Source: Octopus sinensis
Lineage: Eukaryota
Assembly (NCBI RefSeq): GCF_006345805.1
Contig: NC_043008.1
Span: 11,966,001-12,030,000 of the forward strand
Reading direction: 5' to 3'
Length of the DNA stretch: 64,000 nt
The translations under genes were made by a program, and so were the position numbers. The notes under the pieces were generated by a model, which was given only the letters and a program-made list of their open reading frames with translations, was not told the origin of the DNA and ran no database searches. Positions 11,967 through 25,184 of this stretch are shown piece after piece; position 1 is the stretch's first letter; the number at the start of each line of letters is the position of its first letter.

Positions 11967-12528
11967 AGACAGAGAGAGAGAGGTGGGAGAGACTGACAAA
12001 CATATTGATAGATAGATAAATAGATACATAGATACATAGATAGATAGACAGACAGATAGATAGTAAGTCGAAAAAAAGGTATATATAATATATATATACA
12101 TATATATATATATATATTATATTAAATTAGAGATAAAAACCACCATTAGGCAAATCAAACAAAGAAAAACATAACCAATACTAAAATTAATTAATTAATA
12201 TTATGTTAAATATATATCAAAAGTTTAAAGTTTAATAAATATAATATATTAGAGAGAGATAAGAGTAGACAGACAGACAAATACATAGACAGGCAGACGT
12301 CGGACAAAACGTTATAGAAACGTATTAGATACATAGAACTGAACAGCAGGCGAGAGACAGAGAAACGATAGGTAGACAGACAAACAGAGAGGCAAATAGG
12401 TAGGTAAATAGATATATATATATAGATAGATAGATAGATGATAGATAGATAGATAGATGGTTTCTTTATTAGCCACACAGGGCTGCACACAGATAGAACA
12501 ATTACAAGGTAGAGCTTTTCTTTTGAAG

Positions 12529-12563
<35 letters not shown>

Positions 12564-12623
12564 AAGGGGAGTTTCGATCAAAAGGGATCGTAAAAGAGAG
12601 AAAGAGGACAAAAATAAGGGGGG

Positions 12624-12659
<36 letters not shown>

Positions 12660-12864
12660 TGAGAGGAAAAAAAATGATCAATAGGGATCGTTATCACAGA
12701 AATGTCAATATGAAGTGTAAAGGGAGGACAGGTGAGGTTTACCCGTGGAAAGAAAAGCCTACGGAAAAGACCACGGTAACCTCGGTCAATGAAGTCACAT
12801 TTTATATTTCTTTTTTTTTTTTTTTTTTTTCAAATAAGCAACTCTCTGTTTTCGATTTTTGGGT

Positions 12865-15800
12865 TCATAGGACTATGCTCAAGGTGGCTTCGTCATTCAT
12901 ACGTGCCATTCTTGCTACATTCACCCATCTTTTTTTTAAAACATTCGCTAGACAAAACTTGCCTCTCTACTCTCACTTTCCTTTTCAAGTGGTACTTGAA
13001 GAAGTTGATGAGAGATTGACCAGAGAGGAAAGTGTTTGTCTCCAATCCTTTCAGACGCGTCCACCAGATACATTCTTTCGCCATAGCCACAAGGATGATG
13101 AAAATAGCTCTTCCTTCCCGTTTGAAGGAAGGAGGCGTGACAATATTGACGATAGACTCAGCTGATAAACCGACTCGTCCCACACGTGACAGCAGTTGTT
13201 CGACATAAGCCCACAGGTCGGAAATTGTTGGACACTGAACGAGTGCGTGCAGAACGGTTTCGTCGCTCTGACCGCATCTCGGGCAGGTCGGCCCCGTTTT
13301 TCTCGAGCCGTGTCTGTAGAGCTTATCCCGAACGGGTAGCGCTTCTCGGTAGCACTGCCAGGCCAGGGATCTCTGGAAGTTGTCCATGGGCCCTGGCCCG
13401 AAAGTCGTCCCGAACAGGCGGGTCAGGTACTCCTCGTCGACGTCCAGGTTCGCCCCGAGCTCGTCGTCGTACCTCCCCTCCACTAAACCCCTATAGAATG
13501 CTTTGGTTGTGTTGAAGTCACTTAAGGTCGACCCAGGACGGCAGAGTTGCTTGAGAGCAACGCGACACTCGCGGTGCCATTCGCCCTTCCTCGGCCTCTT
13601 TTTGATCCACGACTGCAGTTCGGTCATGGAGACGAGCTGCGGGAAAGCGTGCCTCACAAACGGCGACCACACCTGTTCACCGTCGTCTACATAGAGCCAG
13701 AGATGTCGCAGTCTCAGCGCGTGTCTGCGCATCATCAACCACGGCATGCCCAGCCCTCCTTTTAACGGGTGTTGACAGCAAATGGATCGCCTGACCATCG
13801 GGACGCATCCTTTCCACAAGAAGCGAAAGAGGATGCGTTGTAGTTTGGTGATGGTAGGGTCGGGACAAGGTACGACGGTCAGGCGGTAGTAGATGACGGA
13901 CGCGATGTACGTGTTCGCCACCTCCGCTCGACCTTTTAGGGACAGTTTCCTCTCGGCCCATTGCCGGGCGAGAGTGACCACCCTACTCGTTATCTCGTTC
14001 CAGTTCTTCTCCACTGGAGGTCCGGACCAAACCAGACCCCGAGCAACTCTCAACCGGGCCGTCGGTCCAGCGTCCCACGACGGAGGCGCTGGTGGACGGC
14101 ATGGGCTTGCTTCTCCAGGTGCCTAGTCGCAAGCCCACTGACTTTTCCCGGTTGATTTTCGCTCCTGTCACCGCTTCGTAGTTTTTCAGTGTCTCACCGA
14201 CCAGCTCGATGTGCTCGTGGCTTGACACTATGACGGTGACGTCGTCCGCGTATGCAGACACGCTCGTCCCGCATCCCAATTCTCGCGGGATGCCCCTTAG
14301 AGTCGCCAGCTTCCGCAGTAGTGGCTCAAGAGTCAATACGTATAGAAGCGCCGAGAGGGGGCATCCCTGACGGACCGAACGTGCAATGTCGAAAGGTCTC
14401 GATAGATGTCCATTTACGCGAATTACCGAACGGATGCCTCTGTACAAGGCAGCTATCCAGCCGCGGAAGACGGGACCGAAACCAGCCGCTCTCAGGACTG
14501 CCTCCAAGTATCGATGGTCTACCCTATCAAAGGCTTTCGATTGATCCAAGTTGATCAGGGCCCCACCCATGCCAGGTTCGTTAACTACCCTGTCTATGAT
14601 GTAGCGCATCAGATGGAGGTTGTCATGGATGGTCCGGCCTGGCACGGCGCATGTTTGCGCCTTGTCGACCAGTTTCTCGATGACAAGCGCCAACCTCTTG
14701 GCTAAACCTTGGCCAAAATTTTCAAGTCTGCATTAAGCAGAGTGATGGGCCTAAAGTTATCTATTACATTTCCCTTGTTTAGATCTTTCTTCAGCAGTGT
14801 TACGGCTCCTCGGCTCACAAAACCAGGAATGCTCCCGTTTTGCTGCCAGTTGCAGTACACCGCCGCCAAGAGATCTCCAAACAAGTCTGGCATACAATTG
14901 TAAAGCTCGTAGGGTAGACCATCCAAACCCGGTGATTTGTCCCTCGAGCATTCTGCCATCGCTTCCCGCACTTCCGCCGCCGTGATGGCACCTTCGCAGC
15001 ACCCTGCCTTTCTTGTCGAGAGTCGTGGTAGGCTATGTAGGTAGGCACTGAAGTCCACCCTACGTTCTTGCCCTCCACTCGTTCCGAACAGTCGGGAAAA
15101 ATTTGCTGAAAGGCCTCACACATTTTATTGGCTCGAGCAATTCGCGCCCCTGTTCATCTACCAGTGACCGAATGGTGGCTTTGTTGCCCTGTTGCGCCTC
15201 TGCCACCCGGGCCTCTCTCGCGGCTCCAACACCTTCGTTCCTTAGAGCACGCATCCTAGCTCTGACAGCACATCCTTCGTGTTTGGCGTTGAAGTGTTGG
15301 TCGAGGGCCAACCTCGCCGCCAAAACGTCGGATGCGATGCCGCTTCTAATTGCCTCTTCTAGCTTCTTAACTAGCTCACCCTCTACTCTATTTCTATCTA
15401 TGGCTAGTGCTTTGCTGTACCTAATCGCTTCTGCTTTTACTGCTCTCTTGAGGGCAAACCACCATTTGTTGTTGATGATGGCTCCCGTCAAAGCCCTCTT
15501 TACTAGTGTGCTAATCCGGTCTCTGAAAACCTGTCTCGATGGGAAAGACGCGTTTAGTTTCCAGTATCCGGGACCCTGCCTAAGTGTCTTACCTAAGTCT
15601 AGCGTACATGTCACAAGTTTGTGATCCGTGTAGCTGACTATGTGGAAATGTGGACATCCTATGCTATCTCTATCTACTGTCCTACACAGTATCCTATCTA
15701 GATACGATCTCGACGACCCGATGCGGTTGCTCCATGTCCACGTTGGCGCATTCGGGTGGTCTAGTCGGAACCTGTCAGACAGTTGAAAGCGTCTGAGCAG

Positions 15801-16298
15801 GTCTCTGAGGCATTTGCATCCCCGTCTATTCCTATCTCTACCCACGTAGTCTACATGCGTGTCCAAGGTAGCATTCCAATCCCCCACTAAGAGTAAGGAC
15901 GAGACGTTCCCAAGAAACTTCTAGACGTTGAAAGAAATCCGCCCGACCTGTTAAGGGCGGTGCGTAAACTGATACGAGTCGAAAAGCGCACCCATTGCTG
16001 CCGTCGACATCCAGGACGACCAGTCTACCCTCCGGGTCTACGAATATTGTCCTTACTTTGAGATCCAGACTCTTGTGAAAAAGTACCGCGGTGCCACTAC
16101 CGCCCATTCTCGGCAGACAGGGGAAAAATAAATGTTGAACTGTCCGCCAAACATGGTCTTTAGGGCCCGCGGATTGTGGAGTCTGGTCTCGCTTATGGCT
16201 ATGATTTCTAACTTATGTGACTTTATGTCATTTAAGAGGTACCCTTGTTTCCAAGGGGACCCCAAGCCACGCGCATTTACACAACCAATCTTGATCAT
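12865..16298 (-). pseudogene. Tx1-type ORF2 (AP endonuclease, reverse transcriptase, C-terminal CCHC), frameshifted
   Basis: MIKIGCVNARGL, IAISET, VSVYAP, GDWN, YLDRI, TDHK (APE); KSPGLDGLPYELY, FRPITLLNADLKILAKV, DQSKAFDRVDH, RQGCPLS, YADDVT (RT); CPRCGQSDETVLHALVQC. Split over 6 track ORFs. Confidence 0.93.
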
Positions 16299-16329
16299 AG
16301 TTCTAATGAATTAGAATACAGAGGGTTAC

Positions 16330-18632
16330 TTACTGCTCGAAAGTTTTTGCTTTCTCCTCCGTTGGTTTGTCCTCGAGAAGATCCCAGTACTTTCTTTGTG
16401 AGATATTTTTGGCATTTACCAACCGCACTGGGGAAAATGCCTTTGAGTGTGTGGTGCAGACTTTTGGAGATGTGTAATATTTTGATGTGGTCTGGTGGTG
16501 TTGTGTATGGGTGATGTTTTTGTTTTTATGTCCTCTTCTGTTATGTTTGTTTTTGATTGGATGTATTCCATCAAATTTGTGTTTTTGGTGTCTATGGCTG
16601 TGAGCATGTTTGCTGTATATGTTTTTTGGTGTTGGTGGTGTGGCTGTTGTTTGCGTTGGGTTTTGAAATGTCTTCGGGAGATGTATTTCCCCCTGCTTTG
16701 TTCGTGTTTGCATTTGGTTTGGTTGTGTTTCTGCTCTTTATTTTCCTTCTTTTTGTAGCTATTTGCCATTCCTCACTGGTTTCGTCTTCCGACGAAATTT
16801 CTGAGGAATCAGAAGGGGTAGGGGTATGTTGTGGGCTTCTATGTATGTCTGTGTAAGTGGTTGTGTTGTTGTTTTCGTTGTTGTTGTTGTTGAGTGTTTT
16901 GTGGTGTTGAGTGCGGTATAAGTGATGGGGGATCATTTTGTGTGTTTTTTTTTGTTTTTCTGTTCCTTGGGTTTTGCTGTCGTTCTTGGTGTTGGAATTG
17001 GTTTATTTGTTGTTGGTGGTGATGATTCTGTTCTTGGCGCTGGTGTTGGTGTTGTTTGGTTGGGTTGGCTTGTTCTTGTTGTTTTTTTCCTGCATTTCCG
17101 CATACAGCTTCTTGACTAGCTGTCCATTTGTGGTGTGGGCAATAATCCTGGCTTTTGTGATTTTTCCTGTGGCTGTTGTTGTTGTTGTAATTTTGCGGCA
17201 GATTTGCACTCCTTTTTGAGGTGTGCCTCACTGCCACATGTATAGCATCGTGGCCTTCTGCCCTCGACTACTACGTATAACTTGCGGCCATCCTCAAGAT
17301 GTACGTGGGTGGGATTTTTTATTTATGTCCTCTTGACTTATGTGGAAGAGGAACTCTATTCTCTTTCCCAGCCAGTCCTTGTTTTCCGAAACACCGATAT
17401 CTAGGATGTTTAAGTCCTCCATTTCGGATGTTAATGCGGATGTAATCCACAGTGTTGTAGTCACTTGGGGGACACCACTGATAAGACTTTCGTCACCTTC
17501 TGGCCGAGGTAACTCGGTTTCAACGTTAGTTCATCAGAATGAAGGGTTATCGTTGAGAATTCTTCGCCAACCCTTCATTCTGAAAACCACCTGTACGTGT
17601 GCGAACTTGTTCGCCCAAGTCACACAATCCTTGTATCCCCAGATGGGGCGTAAGCACTTTTCGACTTTGTCTGTGCTTGCCTTTTCTGGACTTTTTGTTT
17701 TTTTATTTGTGATTTTATATACAATTGTCTTTTTTTTTCTCCTCATTCAGTATGTGCTGAGGTATGTGTAAGAGTATTTTTCCGTTTTGATTTGTAATAA
17801 GGTTTCTGCAATCTTTAATCTGTTGTGTAGTAAACGAAACTTTTGTTACCTTTTCTTTTATCGCCTCGGCGAAGTTTGTTGTTTTGTTATTGTTGTTACT
17901 GCCGGTGGTGTTGGTGTTGATGGCAGGGGTGTGGGTTGTAGGTTTGTGGTTGCTGATTATGCAACTAGCAAGGGGTGGAAAATTGCCTGCGTAATTTAGT
18001 CCTGCATTAGCGCAAATTTCGGCATTTCGTTTGCTTGTCGTCGTTATTTTTTCACTTGTTGGTGATGGAGTGAGCAGTGGTTGAAGGGAATTGTTGTTGT
18101 CGTCGTTGTTGTTGTTGTTGTTGTTGTTGTTATTGTCGTTCTTGGTGACGGCGGTGGTGTTGGTAGTATTAGTAGCATTGACGGCACGGTCTTTGGTGGC
18201 GGTGATGGTGATGATGCTGGTGTTGTTATTGGTGGCGATATCTTTAGTAGGGATAGCAGTTTTAGTAGCAGATTCTGCCATGGTGTGGTGGTGTGGTTGA
18301 CTCACTGATGGTGTTGACGGTGCTTGGCCTTGCGACCTTTGTTTTGTATTTGTTGCTGTTGATGGTGGTGGAGTTGTCAGGTTCGGCGTATGCTAACAGA
18401 GCATCCTGTTTTTCTGTTTCTGCGTCACGCTTCACTTGCAACTCAGCCTCGTGGTGGCCAGTGGCGATGGTGAGTGCGGCGTTAGATTTGTTGTTGTTGT
18501 TGTGGTGGTGGTGATGGTGGTGACAGCGGTGTTCACGCTGCGATGTTTAGTAGCCGGTGGTAGCAATAGTGTTTTGCTACCGTTCTGCATGACTGGCGGG
18601 CTAGCCACGTGGTTTCTAGTTGCCATTTTCAA
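16330..18632 (-). pseudogene. Tx1-type ORF1 (gag-like, CX2CX4HX4C knuckle, Thr/Asn-rich flanks), frameshifted
   Basis: ATG at 18632; CYTCGSEAHLKKEC at 17206-17247; (CAA)n-derived low-complexity segments; ends YWDLLEDKPTEEKAKTFEQ*. Confidence 0.75.
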
Positions 18633-18850
18633 AATGAAAAATGGCTAAAAAGCCCACGAAAGTTTTGAAAGTTTTTTTGTAATTTCGCCCATACAGGGGC
18701 GGAATTCTACGTGAATAATTCTCAGGTTTTTTAGTGAATGAACTTGCACAACGATTAAAACAAAATATTTGACAAAAAGGAGTTTTAAACATGTAAAAGT
18801 GGCCAACTTACGTGGAGCCGATATGACTATCGTCCGTCCATTGTAGAGAG

Positions 18851-18893
<43 letters not shown>

Positions 18894-18954
18894 TTAGATA
18901 GATAGATAGATAGAAAGGTATATAGATAGATAGAAAGGTATATAGATAGATATG

Positions 18955-19750
18955 TTTCTTTATTAGCCACACAGGGCTGCACACAGATAGAACAAATTAC
19001 AAGGTAGAGCTTTTCTTTTGAAGTTTAAAAAAAAAAAAAAAGAAAATAGGAAGGGGGGAGTTCGATCAAAAGGGATCGTAAAAGGAGAAAAGAGGACAAA
19101 AAGGGGGTTAAAAAAAGGGGGAGAGGAAGAAAAAAAAAAATTGATCAATAGGGATCGTTATCACAGAAATGTCAATATGAAGTGTAAAGGGGAGGACAGG
19201 TGAGGTTTACCCGTGGAAGAAAAAAGGCTACGGAAAAGACCACGGTAACCTCGGTCAATGGAATCACATGTTATATTTCTTTTTTTTTTTTTTTTTTTCA
19301 AATAAGCAACTCTCTGTTTTCAATTTCTGGGTTCATAGGATCATGCTCAAGGTGGCTTCGTCATTCATACGTGCCATTCTTGTTACATTCACCCATCTTT
19401 TTTTAAAACATTCGCTAGACAAAACTTGCCTCTCTACTCTCACTTTCCTTTTCAAGTGGTACTTGAAGAAGTTGATGAGAGATTGACCAGAGAGGAAAGT
19501 GTTTGTCTCCAATCCTTTCAGACGCGTCCACCAGATACATTCTTTCGCCATAGCCACAAGGATGATGAAAATAGCTCTTCCTTCCCGTTTGAAGGAGGGA
19601 GGCGTGACAATATTACGATAGATTCAGCTGATAACCGACTCGTCCACACGTGACAGCAGTTGTTCGACATAGCCCACAGGTCGGAAAGTGTTGACACTGC
19701 ACGAGTGCGTGCAGAACGGTTTCGTCGCTCTGACCGCATCTATCTCGGGC

Positions 19751-19751
<1 letters not shown>
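18955..19751 (-). mobile_element. 5'-truncated second copy of the Tx1 element
   Basis: Near-identical to 12461-~13285 (3' UTR plus ORF2 C-terminus); both ends abut (GATA)n. Confidence 0.93.
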
Positions 19752-19818
<67 letters not shown>

Positions 19819-20329
19819 GGATGAATAGGTGTATGCATGCATGCAAACATACATTCATACAGGCAGGCAAGAAGATAGATATACAGACAGACCTAGAGAG
19901 CCAAAAAGAGCGACAACTCTCGTTTCAAATGAGATGAAATCTGACGTATATACGACAGAGAGAACGAGAGTGCTTAGTGGCAGACGACGATATAAATATA
20001 TTAAAAGAGAACGTAGCAGACGATGGAGCTTGGGAGTGTGAGAGGGAAGACTGTTTTGTGCAAAATACAAATCAGCTAATGGAACTAGGTTTGTGTCAGT
20101 TACTTTTAGATACAGAATAAAGCCGGTGTCAAGATCCTGACCAACTCTTCAATGAGTTACAGACAATGTATCCTCTTGTACTTTGGCAATGTATCACAAA
20201 TTCTGGCGAGATAATAAGGGCCGAAGGGGGGTTTTGTGAATAACAAAAAATTGTGTTATTGTATTATGGCTCTGGAAATATATGGACAGTGAAAAGGGTG
20301 ATGAGAAAAAAGAGAAGTGGGCAAAGAAT

Positions 20330-20457
20330 TATGCATACATATATACACGTACACAAACGCAGACTTATGCATACATACATACATACATGTAAATATATAT
20401 ATATATATATATATATTATAATATAATATATATATATATACAATATATATACATATG

Positions 20458-20495
<38 letters not shown>

Positions 20496-20696
20496 ATATA
20501 TACATATATATATACAATATATATATGTATATTATATATCCATATATACATATATATATATATACATATATATACATATATATATATGTATATATAAATA
20601 ATATACATATATATATATATAATATAATATATTATATATACAATATATATATATATATACATACATAAATATATATACATACATACAATATATATA

Positions 20697-20742
<46 letters not shown>

Positions 20743-20838
20743 GTTTGTGTATATAGATACATATATATATTCACTTATTTATTTTCTCTCTCTCTCTCTT
20801 TCTCTCTGACTATCTATCTAGGTATCTTATATACATTA

Positions 20839-20883
<45 letters not shown>

Positions 20884-20890
20884 ATATAAA
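20330..20890. repeat. Long degenerate (TA)n microsatellite
   Basis: Direct reading. Confidence 0.95.
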
Positions 20891-21486
20891 TGTGTAAATA
20901 TAGCTTGATATTTATGCACATACTTATATACGTATGTCTCTGTCTGTCCAAACAGACGTATGCATACATTACAAATATATAATATATATATGTACATATA
21001 TATATGTATGTATAGTTGGAAATACATACCTACATATATGCATATATACATATACATATATATGTGTGTGTGTGTTTGTGTACAAAAAATATATATAGAA
21101 TAACGCGAGCATAATCCTTCGGCAGAATATTTTTTGGACTACAAATGGTGCTACGTTATGGAGTTGTTATATTTGAATGTATACAGAAACCAGAAATATA
21201 TCAAAATGCTTCTAGTCATGTCACCATTTGGGAAAATATTAAAAGATTCTCAGCCTCAAGCAAATGGTGGTTAAATTGAAGTCAAGGGGTCACTTGTTAA
21301 CTCGCAGGAGATCACTGTATCAAATAGACTGTTGGATACTCTTACACAAGACAGATCACAATGCACATCCTCCCATTGTGCTATCTTTCAAATGATGCGT
21401 CCTTGGATGCTGGGCAGGCAGTCAAAACATGCGTATGTATGCATGTATATATATATATATATATATGACCGAAAGTGGTCTCAGTA

Positions 21487-21557
<71 letters not shown>

Positions 21558-22085
21558 ATATATATATATATATATTAATATATAATATATAATATATATA
21601 TATATCAAAGTTCAAGGAGGGACGGACAGTTTATCTCCTCCTAGTCCGGCAAATATATCTTCAAATTGGTAATACTATCAAATATATGCAGATATATTTT
21701 GTATTATAATACACAAATTAGGCGATCAGAATACATACAAAGAAAATTACATCAGATGAAATAAATTAATTAAGATCATGAGCAGGTGAGATGTTTACAA
21801 AAGAAAAATTACAATCCGTCTTCTCTCCCTCCTTGAACTTTGATATTTGCTCAATATACTGAGCCCTTCCGTATCATTTCTTGGAAAGAGTTGCACACTT
21901 TTATTATTTAATATAAATATTAAATTGCGAATTTAAAGCATCTCTAACAATGTAAACATTATCGGCCGCTCAAACATAGTGCTCGTGTTTTATTTAAACG
22001 CCCATTTACTATCCCGCAGCAAATGGGCGTTTAAACATAACATAGATACGCTATATAAGTGTGACAATTAATGTTTATAAACGTG

Positions 22086-22117
<32 letters not shown>

Positions 22118-22723
22118 AGAGATTGTGTCTATGTGTGTATGTGTGCATTCATACATTCATACACAAAGATAGAAGGCAGACAGTCAGTCATATACGTAAT
22201 AGTTGAGCTAAACTACTATAACTTCGCTTCAAACTTTGTACTATGCAAAAAGCTGAACCCTCCCGAGGATAACTATTTGTTTTGCTTGACCTAAAACTTA
22301 AAGTAGTTTCATAATAGCCAACGTTTAACTGTTACACCAACTATTTACTCTACAGTACTTCATCCATTCGCCATAATACGCACACACAATATACATACGT
22401 ACATACAAATATATACACACACATACTTACATATACACATATATATATATATATATATATATAAATAATAAATATTAGGGAATATATCCAAATTTACAGG
22501 GAAAAAAATCAGATTTAGGATAAATCCAATTTTTAGTAAAATATTATAAATATTATTTGAGACAAAACCACTATTTTGCAAAACAAACAAGGAAGACTTA
22601 TTTATTAAATTTTATGTATTGATTAATCTTTTTCCTGTTTTTTTGCAAAATAGTGGTTTTGTCTCAAATAATATTTATATATATATTATATATATATATA
22701 TATGTCAATATATATAATATATG

Positions 22724-22757
<34 letters not shown>

Positions 22758-22814
22758 ATATTGTGTGTATATATAATATACACATATATGTATATATATA
22801 TATATGTGTATAAA

Positions 22815-22866
<52 letters not shown>

Positions 22867-23100
22867 AATGTGTCTGTGTGTATGTATGTGCGAGCAGGCG
22901 TATGGAGTAGGGGTCGGGGGTTTGACAGTTTTATGACCAGTGGTTTCAGTTCTGACCATTTTAATAGACCCATCTAATTTGTGAATGCTATATCTAATGG
23001 TAATCGCAAAAGTTCTATTTAACAAATTGATCTCGTTTACAATTATACATAGATACATAGATACATAGATATGCCCGCACGCACCCACACACACACATAC

Positions 23101-23140
<40 letters not shown>

Positions 23141-23559
23141 TCTTGTATACCCTGGAGAAATCATGTGAGTTGCAATTTAAAGAGTTCAGGCTTATTCTCG
23201 AAATCAAAAACAAAAAAAATTCTTTAGTAGTTCGTTGCATCGGAGTGTTTAAAAATCTGTCCTGATTGATGTGCAAAAGCAACGTCATACTTTGAGGTAT
23301 GTTGCCAGGCTGAGGGAATTATCCAATAATGAATCAGAGAGACGGCGCTGAATGTTAACATCATTTGCATTAATTTTTATTGTTATTTGCTTTATCGTAA
23401 AGTGGTCAGATTATGAGACTTCATTGGAGAGAAGGGTGCTGGCCAAGTTTTAGTCGATTCCGTTAATCGCGATCACGTGCACTGATTGGTTGGTTGGTTA
23501 TATGTTAATTATTTGAGATTAATATCTGTAGGAGTACAAAAGCTATGATACTTGGTGAA

Positions 23560-23573
23560 CATCTATGTATCTA

Positions 23574-23639
<66 letters not shown>

Positions 23640-23644
23640 CATCC

Positions 23645-23698
<54 letters not shown>

Positions 23699-23742
23699 CT
23701 ATGTGTCTGTCTGTCTGTCGATTATCTATCTATCTATGAACC

Positions 23743-23773
<31 letters not shown>

Positions 23774-23860
23774 CTATCCATCCATCCATCCATCTATTCA
23801 TTTATCTATCTATCTATCAATCTATCTATCTATTTGTCTGTCTGTCTATTTATCCATCTA
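23560..23860. repeat. (TCTA)n microsatellite
   Basis: Direct reading. Confidence 0.95.
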
Positions 23861-23952
23861 AACAATTTAGATTCAAAAGAATATGGTACTTAACTTAGAT
23901 GCACCAGAATGTTTTTATGGTATTAACCATAAAATGATGTGGGGTGATTATA

Positions 23953-24487
23953 ACCAAAAAATAAGCAACAAGAATGTATCGGTAGTTTAGTACAATTGTT
24001 TTATACTATAAACATTTTATTAAAGCTGCAAATATTACAGCAAATATAACGTCAAGTACTCTCCAGCTAAATTTCATATAGGTTTTCCAAACATCTTAGA
24101 GAGTGTAAATATCCCTATAAAGTTATAGAAGTGAGTTCCAGGAACTTGAAGTAAGATTCCAAGCAGGCCATATATGTTTTCCAACAATACAAAGTTATTA
24201 AATTAATTATTGACATCTCAGAGAAGGTAAATCTACTCATAAAGATGCGGATATAAATTTCAAGAAACATGAGGAAAGGTGCCGATCAGACCACGGTTAA
24301 GTTCGCATCTAACTGTTGCAAACAAAAATATATAGTACTCTCTAAGATGTTTGAAAACCTATATGAAATTTAGCTGAAGAGTACTTGACATTATATTTGC
24401 TGTAATATTTGCAGCTTCAATAAAATGTTTATAGTATGAAACAATTGTACTAAACTACCGATCCATACTTGTTGCTTATTTTTTGTT
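23953..24487. mobile_element. Inverted-repeat element (~150-bp arms) resembling inverted Penelope pseudo-LTRs
   Basis: 23953-24104 is the reverse complement of 24337-24487; each arm holds a hammerhead homologue of 3471-3559. Confidence 0.8.
24369..24454 (+). ncRNA. Type I hammerhead ribozyme (homologue of 3471-3559)
   Basis: TTTAG/CTAAA stem I; CTGAAGA 24374-80; GTAC/GTAT stem II; GAAA 24438-41; CAATTG; GUA ending 24449. Confidence 0.8.
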
Positions 24488-24507
24488 TATTTATCCATCT
24501 ATGTATG

Positions 24508-24542
<35 letters not shown>

Positions 24543-24585
24543 GTATCTATCTATCTATCTATCTATCTATCGATCGATCGATCGA

Positions 24586-24638
<53 letters not shown>

Positions 24639-24699
24639 TTATCTAACTACCTACCTATGTAGGAATGTATGTATGTATCTATATATTCTTTTTTTTTTC

Positions 24700-24910
24700 T
24701 TTTACATGCTTTAGTATTTACTGTAGCCGTGCTGGAGCAACGCCTAAAAAGGTTTTAGTCGTAGAAATCGACCCCAGGACTTATTCTATTCTATGTAAGT
24801 CTAGTACTTATACTATCGGTCTCTTTGTTGAACCACAAAGTTACGGTGACATAAACTAACCAACATCGGTTGTTAAGCGACGGTGGGGGATAAACATACC
24901 CAAACACACA
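24700..24910 (-). mobile_element. SINE family A, 3' half
   Basis: Reverse complement of the family A tail. Confidence 0.75.
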
Positions 24911-24911
24911 C

Positions 24912-24963
<52 letters not shown>

Positions 24964-25184
24964 TTATTTGTTTCACTCATTAGACTGCGGCCATTCTGAG
25001 GCAACACCTTGAGGAATTTTATTTGCAGTATTTGACCCCTATACTTAATTTATTCTACCAAACCGCTAACCGGTGGTGGGCATCAAAAGACAAAGGTACT
25101 CACACACAAACATACGTATATACATACATACATACATACATGCATAAATACATACACACAACACACACACACATATATATATAT

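Larger units (their letters stand above)
12461..18852 (-). mobile_element. Full-length L1-Tx1-type non-LTR retrotransposon inserted in (GATA)n
   Basis: 5' UTR, ORF1 and ORF2 (APE plus RT plus zinc motif), 3' UTR ending AATAAAGAAA; (TCTA)n on both sides. Confidence 0.92.

Noticed and set aside
13186-15624. Plus-strand ORFs antisense to the LINE ORF2
   Set aside because: Shadow ORFs of a GC-rich coding strand with no independent motifs
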